From Eledone cirrhosa (taxonomy: Eukaryota): a DNA stretch of 64,000 nt. The notes under the pieces are model-generated. The model worked only from the letters and a program-made list of their open reading frames with translations. It was not told the origin of the DNA and searched no databases. The stretch lies in the NCBI GenBank assembly GCA_964016885.1, contig OZ024744.1, positions 20,770,001-20,834,000 of the forward strand, written 5' to 3'. Position 1 is the first letter of the stretch; each line of letters begins with the position of its first letter. Below, piece by piece: positions 12,780 through 28,000 of the stretch. Both the position numbers and the translations under genes were made by a program.

Positions 12780-14790
12780 GTTGAATCTTAAGAACTGACT
12801 TGTTCTAACAACAGTTCAGCCTTAAGAACTGACTCGTTTTAAAACAGTTGAATCGTTAGAACTGACTCGTTTTAACAACAGTTGAATCTTAAAATAAAAC
12901 TCGTTTTAACAATAGTTGAATCTCAAGAACTGACTCGTTTTAGCAACACTTGAATCTTAAGATAACACTCGTTTTCATAACAGTTGAATCTTAAGAACTG
13001 TCTCGTTTTAACAACAGTTGAATTTTAAGATAAACCTCGTTTTAACAACAGCTGAATCTTAAGATAAAACTCGTTTTAACAACAGTTCAAACTTAAGAAA
13101 TGACTCGTTTTAACAAAAGTTGAATCTTATGAACTCACTCATTTTAACAACAGTTGAATCTTAAGATAACATTCGTTTTAACAACAGTTGAATCTTAAGA
13201 ACTGATTCGTTTTAACAACAGTTGAATCTTAAGATAAAACTCGTTTTAACAACAGTTGAATCTTAAGAACGGACTCGTTTTAACAACACCTGAATCTTAA
13301 GCTAAAACTCGTTTTAACAACAGTTGAATCTTAAGAACTGATTCGTTTTAACAACAGTTCAAACTTAAGATAAAACTCGTTTTAACAACAGCTGAATCTT
13401 CAGACAAAACTCGTTTTAACAACAGTTCAAACTTAAGAAATGACTCGTTTTCACAACAGTTGAATCTTATGAACTGACTCATTTTAACAACAGTTTAATC
13501 TTAAGAACTGATTCGTTTTAACAACAGTTGAATCTTAAGATAAAACTCGTTTTAACAACAGTTGAATCTTAAGATAAAACTCGTTTTAACAACAGTTGAA
13601 TCTTAAGAACTGACTCGTTTTAACAACAGTTGAATCTTAAGATAAAACTCGTTTTAACAACAGTTGAATCTTATGAGCTAACTCATTTTAACAACAGTTG
13701 AATCTTAAGTTAAGACTCGTTTTAACAACAGTTGAATCTTAAGAACTGACTCGTTTTAACAACAGCTGAATCTTAATATAAAACTCGTTTTAACAACAGT
13801 TGAATCTTAAGAACTGACTTGTTCTAACAACAGTTCAGCCTTAAAAACTGACTCGTTTTAAAACAGTTGAATCGTTAGAACTGACTCGTTTTAACAACAG
13901 TTGAATCTTAAAATAAAACTCGTTTTAACAATAGTTGAATCTCAAGAACTGACTCGTTTTAGCAACACTTGAATCTTAAGATAACACTCGTTTTCATAAC
14001 AGTTGAATCTTAAGAACTGTCTCGTTTTAACAACAGTTGAATTTTAAGATAGACCTCGTTTTAACAACAGCTGAATCTTAAGATAAAACTCGTTTTAACA
14101 ACAGTTCAAACTTAAGAAATGACTCGTTTTAACAAAAGTTGAATCTTATGAACTCACTCATTTTAACAACAGTTGAATCTTAAGATAACATTCGTTTTAA
14201 CAACAGTTGAATCTTAAGAACTGATTCGTTTTAACAACAGTTGAATCTTAAGATAAAACTCGTTTTAACAACAGTTGAATCTTAAGAACGGACTCGTTTT
14301 AACAACACCTGAATCTTAAGCTAAAACTCGTTTTAACAACAGTTGAATCTTAAGAACTGATTCGTTTTAACAACAGTTCAAACTTAAGATAAAACTCGTT
14401 TTAACAACAGCTGAATCTTCAGACAAATCTCGTTTTAACAACAGTTCAAACTTAAGAAATGACTCGTTTTAACAACAGTTGAATCTTATGAACTGACTCA
14501 TTTTAACAACAGTTGAATCTTAAGAACTGATTTGTTTTAACAACAGTTGAATCTTAAGATAAAACTCGTTTAAACAACAGTTGAATCTTAAGATAAAACT
14601 CGTTTTAACAACAGTTGAATCTTAAGAACTGACTCGTTTTAACAACAGTTGAATCTTAAGATAAAACTCGTTTTAACAACAGTTGAATCTTATGAGCTAA
14701 CTCATTTTAACAACAGTTGAATCTTAAGTTAAGACTCGTTTTAACAACAGTTGAATCTTAAGAACTGACTCGTTTTAACAACAGCTGAAT
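12780..14790. repeat. Tandem duplication of a ~1,019-bp (30-monomer) block
   Basis: GCTAAAACTC at 13301/14320, CTTCAGACAAA at ~13398/~14417 and GACTTGTTCT at 12797/13816. Confidence 0.8.
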
Positions 14791-15429
14791 CTTATGAACT
14801 GACTCATTTTAACAACAGTTGAATCTTAAGAACTGATTTGTTTTAACAACAGTTGAATCTTAAGATAAAACTCGTTTTAACAACAGTTGAATCTTAAGAT
14901 AAAACTCGTTTTAACAACAGTTGAATCTTAAGAACTGACTCGTTTTAACAACAGTTGAATCTTAAGATAAAACTCGTTTTAACAACAGTTGAATCTTATG
15001 AGCTAACTCATTTTAACAACAGTTGAATCTTAAGTTAAGACTCGTTTTAACAACAGTTGAATCTTAAGAACTGACTCGTTTTAACAACAGCTGATTCTTA
15101 ATATAAAACTCGTTTTAACAACAGTTGAATCTTAAGAACTTACTCGTTTTAACAACAGCTGAATCTTAAGATAAAACTCGTTTTAACAACAGTTGAATCT
15201 TAAGATAAAACTCGTTTTAACAACAGTTGAATCTTAAGTACTGACTTGTTTTAACAACAGTTGAATCTTAAGATAAAACTCGTTTTAACAACAGTTGAAT
15301 CTTAAGATGAAACTCGTTTTAACAACAGTTGAATCTTATGAACTAACTCATTTTAACAACAGTTGAATCCTAAGTTAAGACTCGTTTTAACAACAGTTGA
15401 ATCTTAAGAACTGACTCCTTTTAACAACA

Positions 15430-18400
15430 GTTGAATCTTAAGACAAAACTCGTTTTAACAACAGTTGAATCTTAAGAACTGACTTGTTCTAACAACAGTT
15501 CAGTCTCAAGAATTGACTCGTTTTAAAACAGTTGAATCGTTTGATCTGACTCGTTTTAACAACAGTTGAATCTTAAAATAAAACTCGTTTTAACAATAGT
15601 TGAATCTCAAGAAATGACTCGTTTTAGCAACAGTTGAATCTTAATAACTGATTCGTTTTAACAACAGTTGAATGTTAAGATAAAACTCGTTTTAACAATA
15701 GTTGAATCTTAAGAACTGACTCGTTTTAACAACAGTTGAATCTTAAGATAAAACTCGTTTTAACAACTGTTGAATCTTAAAAACTGACTCGTTTTAACAA
15801 CAGTTGAATCTTTAAATAAAACACGTTTTAACAACAGTTGAATCTTAAGAACTGACTCGTTTTAACAACAGTTGAATGTTAAGATAAAACTCGTTTTAAC
15901 AATAGTTGAATCTTGAGAACTGACTCGTTTTAACAACAGTTGAATCTTAAGATAAAACTCGTTTTAACAACAGTTGAATCTTAAGAAATGACTCGTTTTA
16001 ACAACAGCTGAATCTTAAGATAAAACTCGTTTTAACAACAGTTCAAACTTAAGAAATGACTCGTTTTAACAAAAGTTGAATATTATGAACTCACTCATTT
16101 TAACAACAGTTGAATCTTAAGATAAAACTCGTTTTAACAACAGTTGAATCTTAAGAACGGACTCGTTTTAACAACAGCTGAATCTTAAGATAAAACTCGT
16201 TTTAACAACAGCTGAATCTTAAGATAAAACTCGTTTTAACAACAGTTGAATCTTAAGATAAAACTCGTTTTAACAACAGTTGAATCTTAAGAACTGACTC
16301 GTTTTAACAACAGTTGAATCTTAAGATAAAACTCGTTTTAACAACAGTTGAATCTTATGAGCTAACTCATTTTAACAACAGTTGAATCTTAAGTTAAGAC
16401 TCGTTTTAACAACAGTTGAATCTTAAGAACTGACTCGTTTTAACAACAGCTGAATCTTAAGATAAAACTCGTTTTAACAACAGTTGAATCTTAAGAACTG
16501 ACTCGTTTTAACAACAGCTGAATCTTAAGATAAAACTCGTTTAACAACAGTTGAATCTTAAGATAAAACTCGTTTTAACAACAGTTGAATCTTAAGTACT
16601 GACTTGTTTTAACAACAGTTTAATCTTAAGATAAAACTCGTTTTAACAACAGTTGAATCTTATGAGCTAACTCATTTTAACAACAGTTGAATCTTAAGTT
16701 AAGACTCGTTTTAACAACAGTTGAATCTTAAGAACTGACTCGTTTTAACGACAGCTGAATCTTAAGATAAAACTTGTTTTAACAACAGTTGAATCTTAAA
16801 GATAAAACTCGCTTTAACAACAGTTGAATCTTAAGAACTGACTCGTTTTAACAACAGTTGAATCTTAAGACAAAACCCGTTTTAACAACAGTTGAATCTT
16901 AAGAACTGTCTCGTTTTAACAACAGTTGAATCCTAAGATAAACCTCGTTTTAACAACAGATTAATCTTAAGAACTGACTCGTTTTAACAACAGTTGAATC
17001 TTAAGACAAAACTCGTTTTAACAGCAGTTGAATCTTAAGAACTGACTTGTTCTAACAACAGTTCAGCCTTAAGAACTGACTCGTTTTAAAACAGTTGAAT
17101 CGTTAGAACTGACTCGTTTTAACAACAGTTGAATCTTAAAATAAAACTCGTTTTCATAACAGTTGAATCTTAAGAACTGTCTCGTTTTAACAACAGTTGA
17201 ATTTTAAGATAAACCTAGTTTTGACAACAGTTGAATCTTAAGAACTGACTCGTTTTAACAACAGTTAAATCTTAATAACTGACTCGTTTTAACAACAGTT
17301 GAATGTTAAGATAAAACTCGTTTTAACAATAGTTGAATCTTAAGAACTGACTCGTTTTAACAACAGTTGAATCTTAAGATAAAACTCGTTTTAACAACTG
17401 TTGAATCTTAAGAACTGACTCGTTTTAACAACAGCTGAATCTTAAGATAAAACTCGTTTTAACAAGAGTTGAATCTTGAGAACTGACTCGTTTTAACAAC
17501 AGTTGAATCTTCAAATAAAACTCGTTTTAACAACGGTTGAATCTTAAGAACTGACTCGTTTTAACAACAGTTGAATGTTAAGATAAAACACGTTTTAACA
17601 ATAGTGGAATCTTAAGAACTGACTCGTTTTAACAACAGTTGAATCTTAAGATAAAACTCGTTTTAACAACAGTTGAATCTTAAGAACTGACTCGTTTTAA
17701 CAACAGCTGAATCTTAAGATAAAACTCGTTTTAACAACAGTTCAAACTTAAGAAATGACTCGTTTTAACAAAAGTTGAATCTTATGAACTCACTCATTTT
17801 AACAACAGTTGAATCTTAAGATAACATTCGTTTTAACAACAGTTGAATCTTAAGAACTGATTCGTTTTAACAACAGTTGAATCTTAAGATAAAACTCGTT
17901 TTAACAACACTTGAATCTTAAGAACGGACTCGTTTTAACAACACCTGAATCTTAAGATAAAACTCGTTTTAAGAACAGTTGAATCTTAAGAACTCATTCG
18001 TTTTAACAACAGTTCAAACTTAAGAACTGACTCGTTTTAACAACAGTTGAATCTTATGAACTGACTCATTTTAACAACAGTTGAATCTTAAGATAAAACT
18101 CGTTTTAACAACAGTTGAATCTTAAGAACTGACTCGTTTTAACGACAGCTGAATCTTAAAATAAAACTCGTTTTAACAACAGTTGAATCTTAAGAACTGA
18201 TTCGTTTTAACAACAGCTGAATCTTAAGATAAAACTCGTTTTAACAACAGTTGAATCTTAAGAACTGACTCGTTTTAACAACAGCTGAATCTTAAGATAA
18301 AACTCGTTTTAACAACAGTTGAATCTTAAGATAAAACTCGTTTTAACAACAGTTGAATCTTAAGTACTGACTCGTTTTAGCAACAGTTGAATCTTAAGAT

Positions 18401-21400
18401 AAAACTCGTTTTAACAACAGTTGAATCTTATGAGCTAACTCATTTTAACAACAGTTGAATCTTAAGTTAAGACTCGTTTTAACAACAGTTGAATCTTAAG
18501 AACTGACTCGTTTTAACGACAGCTGAATCTTAAGACAAAACCCGTTTTAACAACAGTTGAATCTTAAGAACTGTCTCGTTTTAACAACAGTTGAATCTTA
18601 AGATAAACCTCGTTTTAACAACAGTTTAATCTTAAGAACTGACTCGTTTTAACAACAGTTGAATCTTAAGACAAAACTCGTTTTAACAACAGTTGAATCT
18701 TAAGAACTGACTTGTTCTAACAACAGTTCAGTCTCAAGAATTGACTCGTTTTAAAACAGTTGAATCGTTTGATCTGACTCGTTTTAACAACAGTTGAATC
18801 TTAAAATAAAACTCGTTTTAACAATAGTTGAATCTCAAGAAATGACTCGTTTTAGCAACAGTTGAATCTTAATAACTGATTCGTTTTAACAACAGTTGAA
18901 TGTTAAGATAAAACTCGTTTTAACAATAGTTGAATCTTAAGAACTGACTCGTTTTAACAACAGTTGAATCTTAAGATAAAACTCGTTTTAACAACTGTTG
19001 AATCTTAAAAACTGACTCGTTTTAACAACAGTTGAATCTTTAAATAAAACACGTTTTAACAACAGTTGAATCTTAAGAACTGACTCGTTTTAACAACAGT
19101 TGAATGTTAAGATAAAACTCGTTTTAACAATAGTTGAATCTTGAGAACTGACTCGTTTTAACAACAGTTGAATCTTAAGATAAAACTCGTTTTAACAACA
19201 GTTGAATCTTAAGAAATGACTCGTTTTAACAACAGCTGAATCTTAAGATAAAACTCGTTTTAACAACAGTTCAAACTTAAGAAATGACTCGTTTTAACAA
19301 AAGTTGAATATTATGAACTCACTCATTTTAACAACAGTTGAATCTTAAGATAACATTCGTTTTAACAACAGTTGAATCTTAAGAACTGATTCGTTTTAAC
19401 AACAGTTGAATCTTAAGATAAAACTCGTTTTAACAACAGTTGAATCTTAAGAACGGACTCGTTTTAACAACAGCTGAATCTTAAGATAAAACTCGTTTTA
19501 ACAACAGCTGAATCTTAAGATAAAACTCGTTTTAACAACAGTTGAATCTTAAGATAAAACTCGTTTTAACAACAGTTGAATCTTAAGAACTGACTCGTTT
19601 TAACAACAGTTGAATCTTAAGATAAATCTCGTTTTAACAACAGTTGAATCTTATGAGCTAACTCATTTTAACAACAGTTGAATCTTAAGTTAAGACTCGT
19701 TTTAACAACAGTTGAATCTTAAGAACTGACTCGTTTTAACAACAGCTGAATCTTAAGATAAAACTCGTTTTAACAACAGTTGAATCTTAAGAACTGACTC
19801 GTTTTAACAACAGCTGAATCTTAAGATAAAACTCGTTTTAACAACAGTTGAATCTTAAGATAAAACTCGTTTTAACAACAGTTGAATCTTAAGTACTGAC
19901 TTGTTTTAACAACAGTTTAATCTTAAGATAAAACTCGTTTTAACAACAGTTGAATCTTATGAGCTAACTCATTTTAACAACAGTTGAATCTTAAGTTAAG
20001 ACTCGTTTTAACAACAGTTGAATCTTAAGAACTGACTCGTTTTAACGACAGCTGAATCTTAAGATAAAACTTGTTTTAACAACAGTTGAATCTTAAAGAT
20101 AAAACTCGCTTTAACAACAGTTGAATCTTAAGAACTGACTCGTTTTAACAACAGTTGAATCTTAAGACAAAACCCGTTTTAACAACAGCTGAATCTTAAG
20201 AACTGTCTCGTTTTAACAACAGTTGAATCCTAAGATAAACCTCGTTTTAACAACAGATTAATCTTAAGAACTGACTCGTTTTAACAACAGTTGAATCTTA
20301 AGACAAAACTCGTTTTAACAGCAGTTGAATCTTAAGAACTGACTTGTTCTAACAACAGTTCAGCCTTAAGAACTGACTCGTTTTAAAACAGTTGAATCGT
20401 TAGAACTGACTCGTTTTAACAACAGTTGAATCTTAAAATAAAACTCGTTTTCATAACAGTTGAATCTTAAGAACTGTCTCGTTTTAACAACAGTTGAATT
20501 TTAAGATAAACCTAGTTTTGACAACAGTTGAATCTTAAGAACTGACTCGTTTTAACAACAGTTAAATCTTAATAACTGACTCGTTTTAACAACAGTTGAA
20601 TGTTAAGATAAAACTCGTTTTAACAATAGTTGAATCTTAAGAACTGACTCGTTTTAACAACAGTTGAATCTTAAGATAAAACTCGTTTTAACAACTGTTG
20701 AATCTTAAGAACTGACTCGTTTTAACAACAGCTGAATCTTAAGATAAAACTCGTTTTAACAACAGTTGAATCTTGAGAACTGACTCGTTTTAACAACAGT
20801 TGAATCTTCAAATAAAACTCGTTTTAACAACGGTTGAATCTTAAGAACTGACTCGTTTTAACAACAGTTGAATGTTAAGATAAAACTCGTTTTAACAATA
20901 GTGGAATCTTAAGAACTGACTCGTTTTAACAACAGTTGAATCTTAAGATAAAACTCGTTTTAACAACAGTTGAATCTTAAGAACTGACTCGTTTTAACAA
21001 CAGCTGAATCTTAAGATAAAACTCGTTTTAACAACAGTTCAAACTTAAGAAATGACTCGTTTTAACAAAAGTTGAATCTTATGAACTCACTCATTTTAAC
21101 AACAGTTGAATCTTAAGATAACATTCGTTTTAACAACAGTTGAATCTTAAGAACTGATTCGTTTTAACAACAGTTGAATCTTAAGATAAAACTCGTTTTA
21201 ACAACACTTGAATCTTAAGAACGGACTCGTTTTAACAACACCTGAATCTTAAGATAAAACTCGTTTTAAGAACAGTTGAATCTTAAGAACTCATTCGTTT
21301 TAACAACAGTTCAAACTTAAGAACTGACTCGTTTTAACAACAGTTGAATCTTATGAACTGACTCATTTTAACAACAGTTGAATCTTAAGATAAAACTCGT

Positions 21401-22050
21401 TTTAACAACAGTTGAATCTTAAGAACTGACTCGTTTTAACGACAGCTGAATCTTAAGATAAAACTCGTTTTAACAACAGTTCAAACTTAAGAAATGACTC
21501 GTTTTAACAACAGTTGAATCTTATGAACTGACTCATTTTAACAACAGTTGAATCTTAAGAACTGATTCGTTTTAACAACAGCTGAATCTTAAGATAAAAC
21601 TCGTTTTAACAACAGTTGAATCTTAAGAACTGACTCGTTTTAACAACAGCTGAATCTTAAGATAAAACTCGTTTTAACAACAGTTGAATCTTAAGATAAA
21701 ACTCGTTTTAACAACAGTTGAATCTTAAGTACTGACTCGTTTTAACAACAGTTGAATCTTAAGATAAAACTCGTTTTAACAACAGTTGAATCTTATGAGC
21801 TAACTCATTTTAACAACAGTTGAATCTTAAGTTAAGACTCGTTTTAACAACAGTTGAATCTTAAGAACTGACTCGTTTTAACGACAGCTGAATCTTAAGA
21901 CAAAACCCGTTTTAACAACAGTTGAATCTTAAGAACTGTCTCGTTTTAACAACAGTTGAATCTTAAGATAAACCTCGTTTTAACAACAGTTTAATCTTAA
22001 GAACTGACTCGTTTTAACAACAGTTGAATCTTAAGACAAAACTCGTTTTA
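15430..22050. repeat. Tandem duplication of a ~3.2-3.3-kb block
   Basis: GTCTCAAGAATTG at 15503/18731 (offset 3,228) and GATTAATC at 16959/20256 (offset 3,297). AACAGCAGTTG, AACGGTTG and AACTCATTCG occur in the same order in both copies. Confidence 0.8.
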
Positions 22051-25000
22051 ACAACAGTTGAATCTTAAGAACTGACTTGTTCTAACAACAGTTCAGCCTT
22101 AAGAACTGACTCGTTTTAAAACAGTTGAATCGTTAGAACTGACTCATTTTAACAACAGTTGAATCTTAAAACAAAACTCGTTTTAACAATAGTTGAATCT
22201 CAAGAACTGACTCGTTTTAGCAACAGTTGAATCTTAAGATAACACTCGTTTTCATAACAGTTGAATCTTATGAACTGTCTCGTTTTAACAACAGTTGAAT
22301 TTTAAGATAAACCTCGTTTTAACAACAGCTGAATCTTAAGATAAAACTCGTTTTAACAACAGTTCAAACTTAAGAAATGACTCGTTTTAACAAAAGTGGA
22401 ATCTTATGAACTCACTCATTTTAACAACAGTTGAATCTTAAGATAACATTCGTTTTAACAACAGTTGAATCTTAAGAACTGATTCGTTTTAACAACAGTT
22501 GAATCTTAAGATAAAACTCGTTTTAACAACAGTTGAATCTTAAGAACGGACTCGTTTTAACAACACCTGAATCTTAAGATAAAACTCGTTTTAACAACAG
22601 TTGAATCTTAAGAACTGATTCGTTTTAACAACAGTTCAAACTTAAGAACTGACTCGTTTTAACAACAATTGAATCTTATGAACTGACTCATTTTAACAAC
22701 AGTTGAATCTTAAGATAACATTCGTTTTAACAACAGTTGAATCTTAAGAACTGACTCGTTTTAACAACAGTTGAATCTTAAAGATAAAACTCGTTTCGAC
22801 AACAGTTGAATCTTAAAGAACTGACTCGTTTTAACAACAGCTGAATCTTAAGATAAAACTCGTTTTAACAACAGTTGAATCTTAAGATAAACCTCGTTTT
22901 AACAACAGTTGAATCTTAAGAACTGACTCGTTTTAACGACAGCTGAATCTTAAGATAAAACTCGTTTTAACAACAGTTCAAACTTAAGAAATGACTCGTT
23001 TTAACAACAGTTGAATCTTATGAACTGACTCATTTTAACAACAGTTGAATCTCAAGAACTGATTCGTTTTAACAACAGTTGAATCTTAAGATAAAACTCG
23101 TTTTAACAACAGTTGAATCTTAAGAACTGACTCGTTTTAACAACAGTTGAATCTTAAGATAAAACTCGTTTTAACAACAGTTGAATCTTAAGAACTGACT
23201 CGTTTTAACAACAGCTGAATCTTAAGATAAAACTCGTTTTAACAACAGTTGAATCTTAAGATAAAACTCGTTTTAACAACAGTTGAATCTTAAGAACTGA
23301 CTCGTTTTAACAACAGTTGAATCTTAAGATAAAACTCGTTTTAACAACAGTTGAATCTTATGAGCTAACTCATTTTAACAACAGTTGAATCTTAAGTTAA
23401 GACTCGTTTTAACAACAGTTGAATCTTAAGAACTGACTCGTTTTAACAACAGCTGAATCTTAAGATAAAACTCGTTTTAACAACAGTTGAATCTTAAGAA
23501 CTGACTCGTTTTAACAACAGCTGAATCTTAAGATAAAACTCGTTTTAACAACAGTTGAATCTTAAGATAAAACTCGTTTTAACAACAGTTGAATCTTAAG
23601 TACTGACTTGTTTTAACAACAGTTGAATCTTATGAACTAACTCATTTTAACAACAGTTGAATCTTAAGTTAAGACTCGTTTTAACAACAGTTGAATCTTA
23701 AGAACTGACTCCTTTTAACAACAGTTGAATCTTAAGACAAAACTCGTTTTAACAACAGTTGAATCTTAAGAACTGACTTGTTCTAACAACAGTTCAGTCT
23801 CAAGAATTGACTCGTTTTAAAACAGTTGAATCGTTTGATCTGACTCGTTTTAACAACAGTTGAATCTTAAAATAAAACTCGTTTTAACAATAGTTGAATC
23901 TCAAGAAATGACTCGTTTTAGCAACAGTTGAATCTTAATAACTGACTCGTTTTAACAACAGTTGAATGTTAAGATAAAACTCGTTTTAACAATAGTTGAA
24001 TCTTAAGAACTGACTCGTTTTAACAACAGTTGAATCTTAAGATAAAACTCGTTTTAACAACTGTTGAATCTTAAGAACTGACTCGTTTTAACAACAGTTG
24101 AATCTTTAAATAAAACACGTTTTAACAACGGTTGAATATTAAGAACTGACTCGTTTTAACAACAGTTGAATGTTAAGATAAAACTCGTTTTAACAATAGT
24201 TGAATCTTAAGAACTGACTCGTTTTAACAACAGTTGAATCTTAAGATAAAACTCGTTTTAACAACAGTTGAATCTTAAGATAAAACTCGTTTTAACAACA
24301 GTTCAAACTTAAGAAATGACTCGTTTTAACAAAAGTTGAATATTATGAACTCACTCATTTTAACAACAGTTGAATCTTAAGATAACATTCGTTTTAACAA
24401 CAGTTGAATCTTAAGAACTGATTCGTTTTAACAACAGTTGAATCTTAAGATAAAACTCGTTTTAACAACAGTTGAATCTTAAGAACGGACTCGTTTTAAC
24501 AACAGCTGAATCTTAAGATAAAACTCGTTTTAACAACAGCTGAATCTTAAGATAAAACTCGTTTTAACAACAGTTGAATATTAAGATAAAACTCGTTTTA
24601 ACAACAGTTGAATCTTAAGAACTGACTCGTTTTAACAACAGTTAAATCTTAAGATAAAACTCGTTTTAACAACAGTTGAATCTTATGAGCTAACTCATTT
24701 TAACAACAGTTGAATCTTAAGTTAAGACTCGTTTTAACAACAGTTGAATCTTAAGAACTGACTCGTTTTAACAACAGCTGAATCTTAAGATAAAACTCGT
24801 TTTAACAACAGTTGAATCTTAAGAACTGACTCGTTTTAACAACAGCTGAATCTTAAGATAAAACTCGTTTTAACAACAGTTGAATCTTAAGATAAAACTC
24901 GTTTTAACAACAGTTGAATCTTAAGTACTGACTTGTTTTAACAACAGTTGAATCTTAAGATAAAACTCGTTTTAACAACAGTTGAATCTTATGAGCTAAC

Positions 25001-28000
25001 TCATTTTAACGACAGCTGAATCTTAAGATAAAACTTGTTTTAACAACAGTTGAATCTTAAAGATAAAACTCGCTTTAACAACAGTTGAATCTTAAGAACT
25101 GACTCGTTTTAACAACAGTTGAATCTTAAGACAAAACCCGTTTTAACAACAGTTGAATCTTAAGAACTGTCTCGTTTTAACAACAGTTGAATCCTAAGAT
25201 AAACCTCGTTTTAACAACAGATTAATCTTAAGAACTGACTCGTTCTAACAACAGTTGAATCTTAAGACAAAACTAGTTTTAACAACAGTTGAATCTTAAG
25301 AACTGACTTGTTCTAACAACAGTTCAGCCTCAAGAACTGACTCGTTTTAAAACAGTTGAATCGTTAGATCTGACTCGTTTTAACAACAGTTGAATCTTAA
25401 AATAAAACTCGTTTTAACAATAGTTGAATCTCAAGACCTGACTCGTTTTAGCAGCAGTTGAATCTTAAGAACTGACTCGTTTTAACAACAGTTGAATGTT
25501 AAGATAAAACTCGTTTTAAAAATAGTTGAATCTTAAGAACTGACTCGTTTTAACAACAGTTGAATCTTAAGATAAAACTCGTTTTAACAACAGTTGAATC
25601 TTAAGAACTGACTCATTTTAACAACAGTTGAATATTATGAACTCACTCATTTTAACAACACTTGAATCTTAAGATAACATTCGTTTTAACAACAGTTGAA
25701 TCTTAAGAACTGATTCGTTTTAACAACAGTTGAATCTTAAGATAAAACTCGTTTTAACAACAGTTGAATCTTAAGAACGGACTCGTTTTAACAACAGCTG
25801 AATCTTAAGATAAAACTCGTTTTAACAACAGTTGAATCTTAAGAACTGATTCGTTTTAACAACAGTTCAAACTTAAGAACTGATTCGTTTTAACAACAGT
25901 TGAATCTTATGAACTGACTCATTTTAACAACAGTTGAATCTTAAGATAACATTCGTTTTAACAACAGTTGAATCTTAAGAACTGACTCGTTTTAACAACA
26001 GTTGAATCTTAAGATAAAACTCGTTTTAACAACAGTTGATTCTTAAGAACTGACTCGTTTTAACAACAGCTGAATCTTAAGATAAAACTCGTTTTAACAA
26101 CAGTTGAATCTTATGAACTGACTCATTTTAACAACAGTTGAATCTTAAGAACTGATTCGTTTTAACAACAGTTGAATCTTAAGATAAAACTCGTTTTAAC
26201 AACAGTTGAATCTTAAGAACTGACTCGTTTTAACAACAGCTGAATCTTAAGATAAAACTCGTTTTAACAACAGTTGATTCTTAAGAACTGACTCGTTTTA
26301 ACAACAGCTGAATCTTAAGATAAAACTCGTTTTAACAACAGTTGAATCTTAAGATAAAACTCGTTTTAACAACAGTTGAATCTTAAGAACTGACTCGTTT
26401 TAACAACAGTTGAATCTTAAGATAAAACTCGTTTTAACAACAGTTGAATCTTATGAACTAACTCATTTTAACAACAGTTACATCTTAAGTTAAGACTCGT
26501 TTAAACAACAGTTGAATCTTAAGAACTGACTCGTTTTAACGACAGCTGAATCTTAAGATAAAACTCGTTTTAACAACAGTTGGATCTTAAGAACTGACTC
26601 GTTTTAACAACAGTTGAATCTTACGATAAAACTCGCTTTAACAACCGTTGAATCTTATGAACTAACTCATTTTAACAACAGTTGAATCTTAAGTTAAGAC
26701 TCGTTTTAACAACAGTTGAATCTTAAGAACTGACTCGTTTTAACAACAGTTAAATCTTAAGACAAAACCCGTTTTAACAAGAGTTGAATCTTAAGAACTG
26801 TCTCGTTTTAACAACAGTTGAATCTTGAGATAAACCTCGTTTTAACAACAGTTTAATATTAAGAACTGACTCGTTTTAACAACAGTTGAATCTTAAGACA
26901 AAACTCGTTTTAACCACAGTTGAATCTTAAGAACTGACTTGTTCTAACAACAGTTCAGCCTTAAGAACTGACTCGTTTTAAAGCAGTTGAATCGTTAGAA
27001 CTGACTCGTTTTAACAACAGTTGAATCTTAAAATAAAACTCGTTTTAACAATAGTTGAATCTCAAGAACTGACTCGTTTTAGCAACAGTTGAATCTTAAG
27101 ATAACACTCGTTTTCATAACAGTTGAATCTTAAGAACTGTCTCGTTTTAACAACAGTTGAATTTTAAGATAAACCTCGTTTTGACAACAGTTGAATCTTA
27201 AGAACTGACTCGTTTTAACAACAGTTAAATCTTAATAACTGACTCGTTTTAACAACAGTTGAATGTTAAGATAAAACTCGTTTTAACAATAGTTGAATCT
27301 TAAGAACTTACTCGTTTTAACAACAGTTGAATCTTAAGATAAAACTCGTTTTAACAACTGTTGAATCTTAAGATAAGACTCGTTTTAACAACAGCTGAAT
27401 CTTAAGATAAAACTCGTTTTAACAACAGTTGAATCTTAAGAACTGACTCGTTTTAACAACAGTTGAATCTTCAAATAAAACTCGTTTTAACAACAGTTGA
27501 ATCTTAAGAACTGACTCGTTTTAACAACAGTTGAATGTTAAGATAAAACTCGTTTTAACAATAGTGGAATCTTAAGAACTGACTCGTTTTAACAACAGTT
27601 GAATCTTAAGATAAAACTCGTTTTAACAACAGTTGAATCTTAAGAACTGACTCGTTTTAACAACAGCTGAATCTTAAGATAAAACTCGTTTTAACAACAG
27701 TTCAAACTTAAGAAATGACTCGTTTTAACAAAAGTTGAATCTTATGAACTCACTCATTTTAACAACAGTTGAATCTTAAGATAACATTCGTTTTAACAAC
27801 AGTTGAATCTTAAGAACTGATTCGTTTTAACAACAGTTGAATCTTAAGATAAAACTCGTTTTAACAACACGTGAATCTTAAGAACGGACTCGTTTTAACA
27901 ACACCTGAATCTTAAGATAAAACTCGTTTTAACAACAGTTGAATCTTAAGAACTGATTCGTTTTAACAACAGTTCAAACTTAAGAACTGACTCGTTTTAA

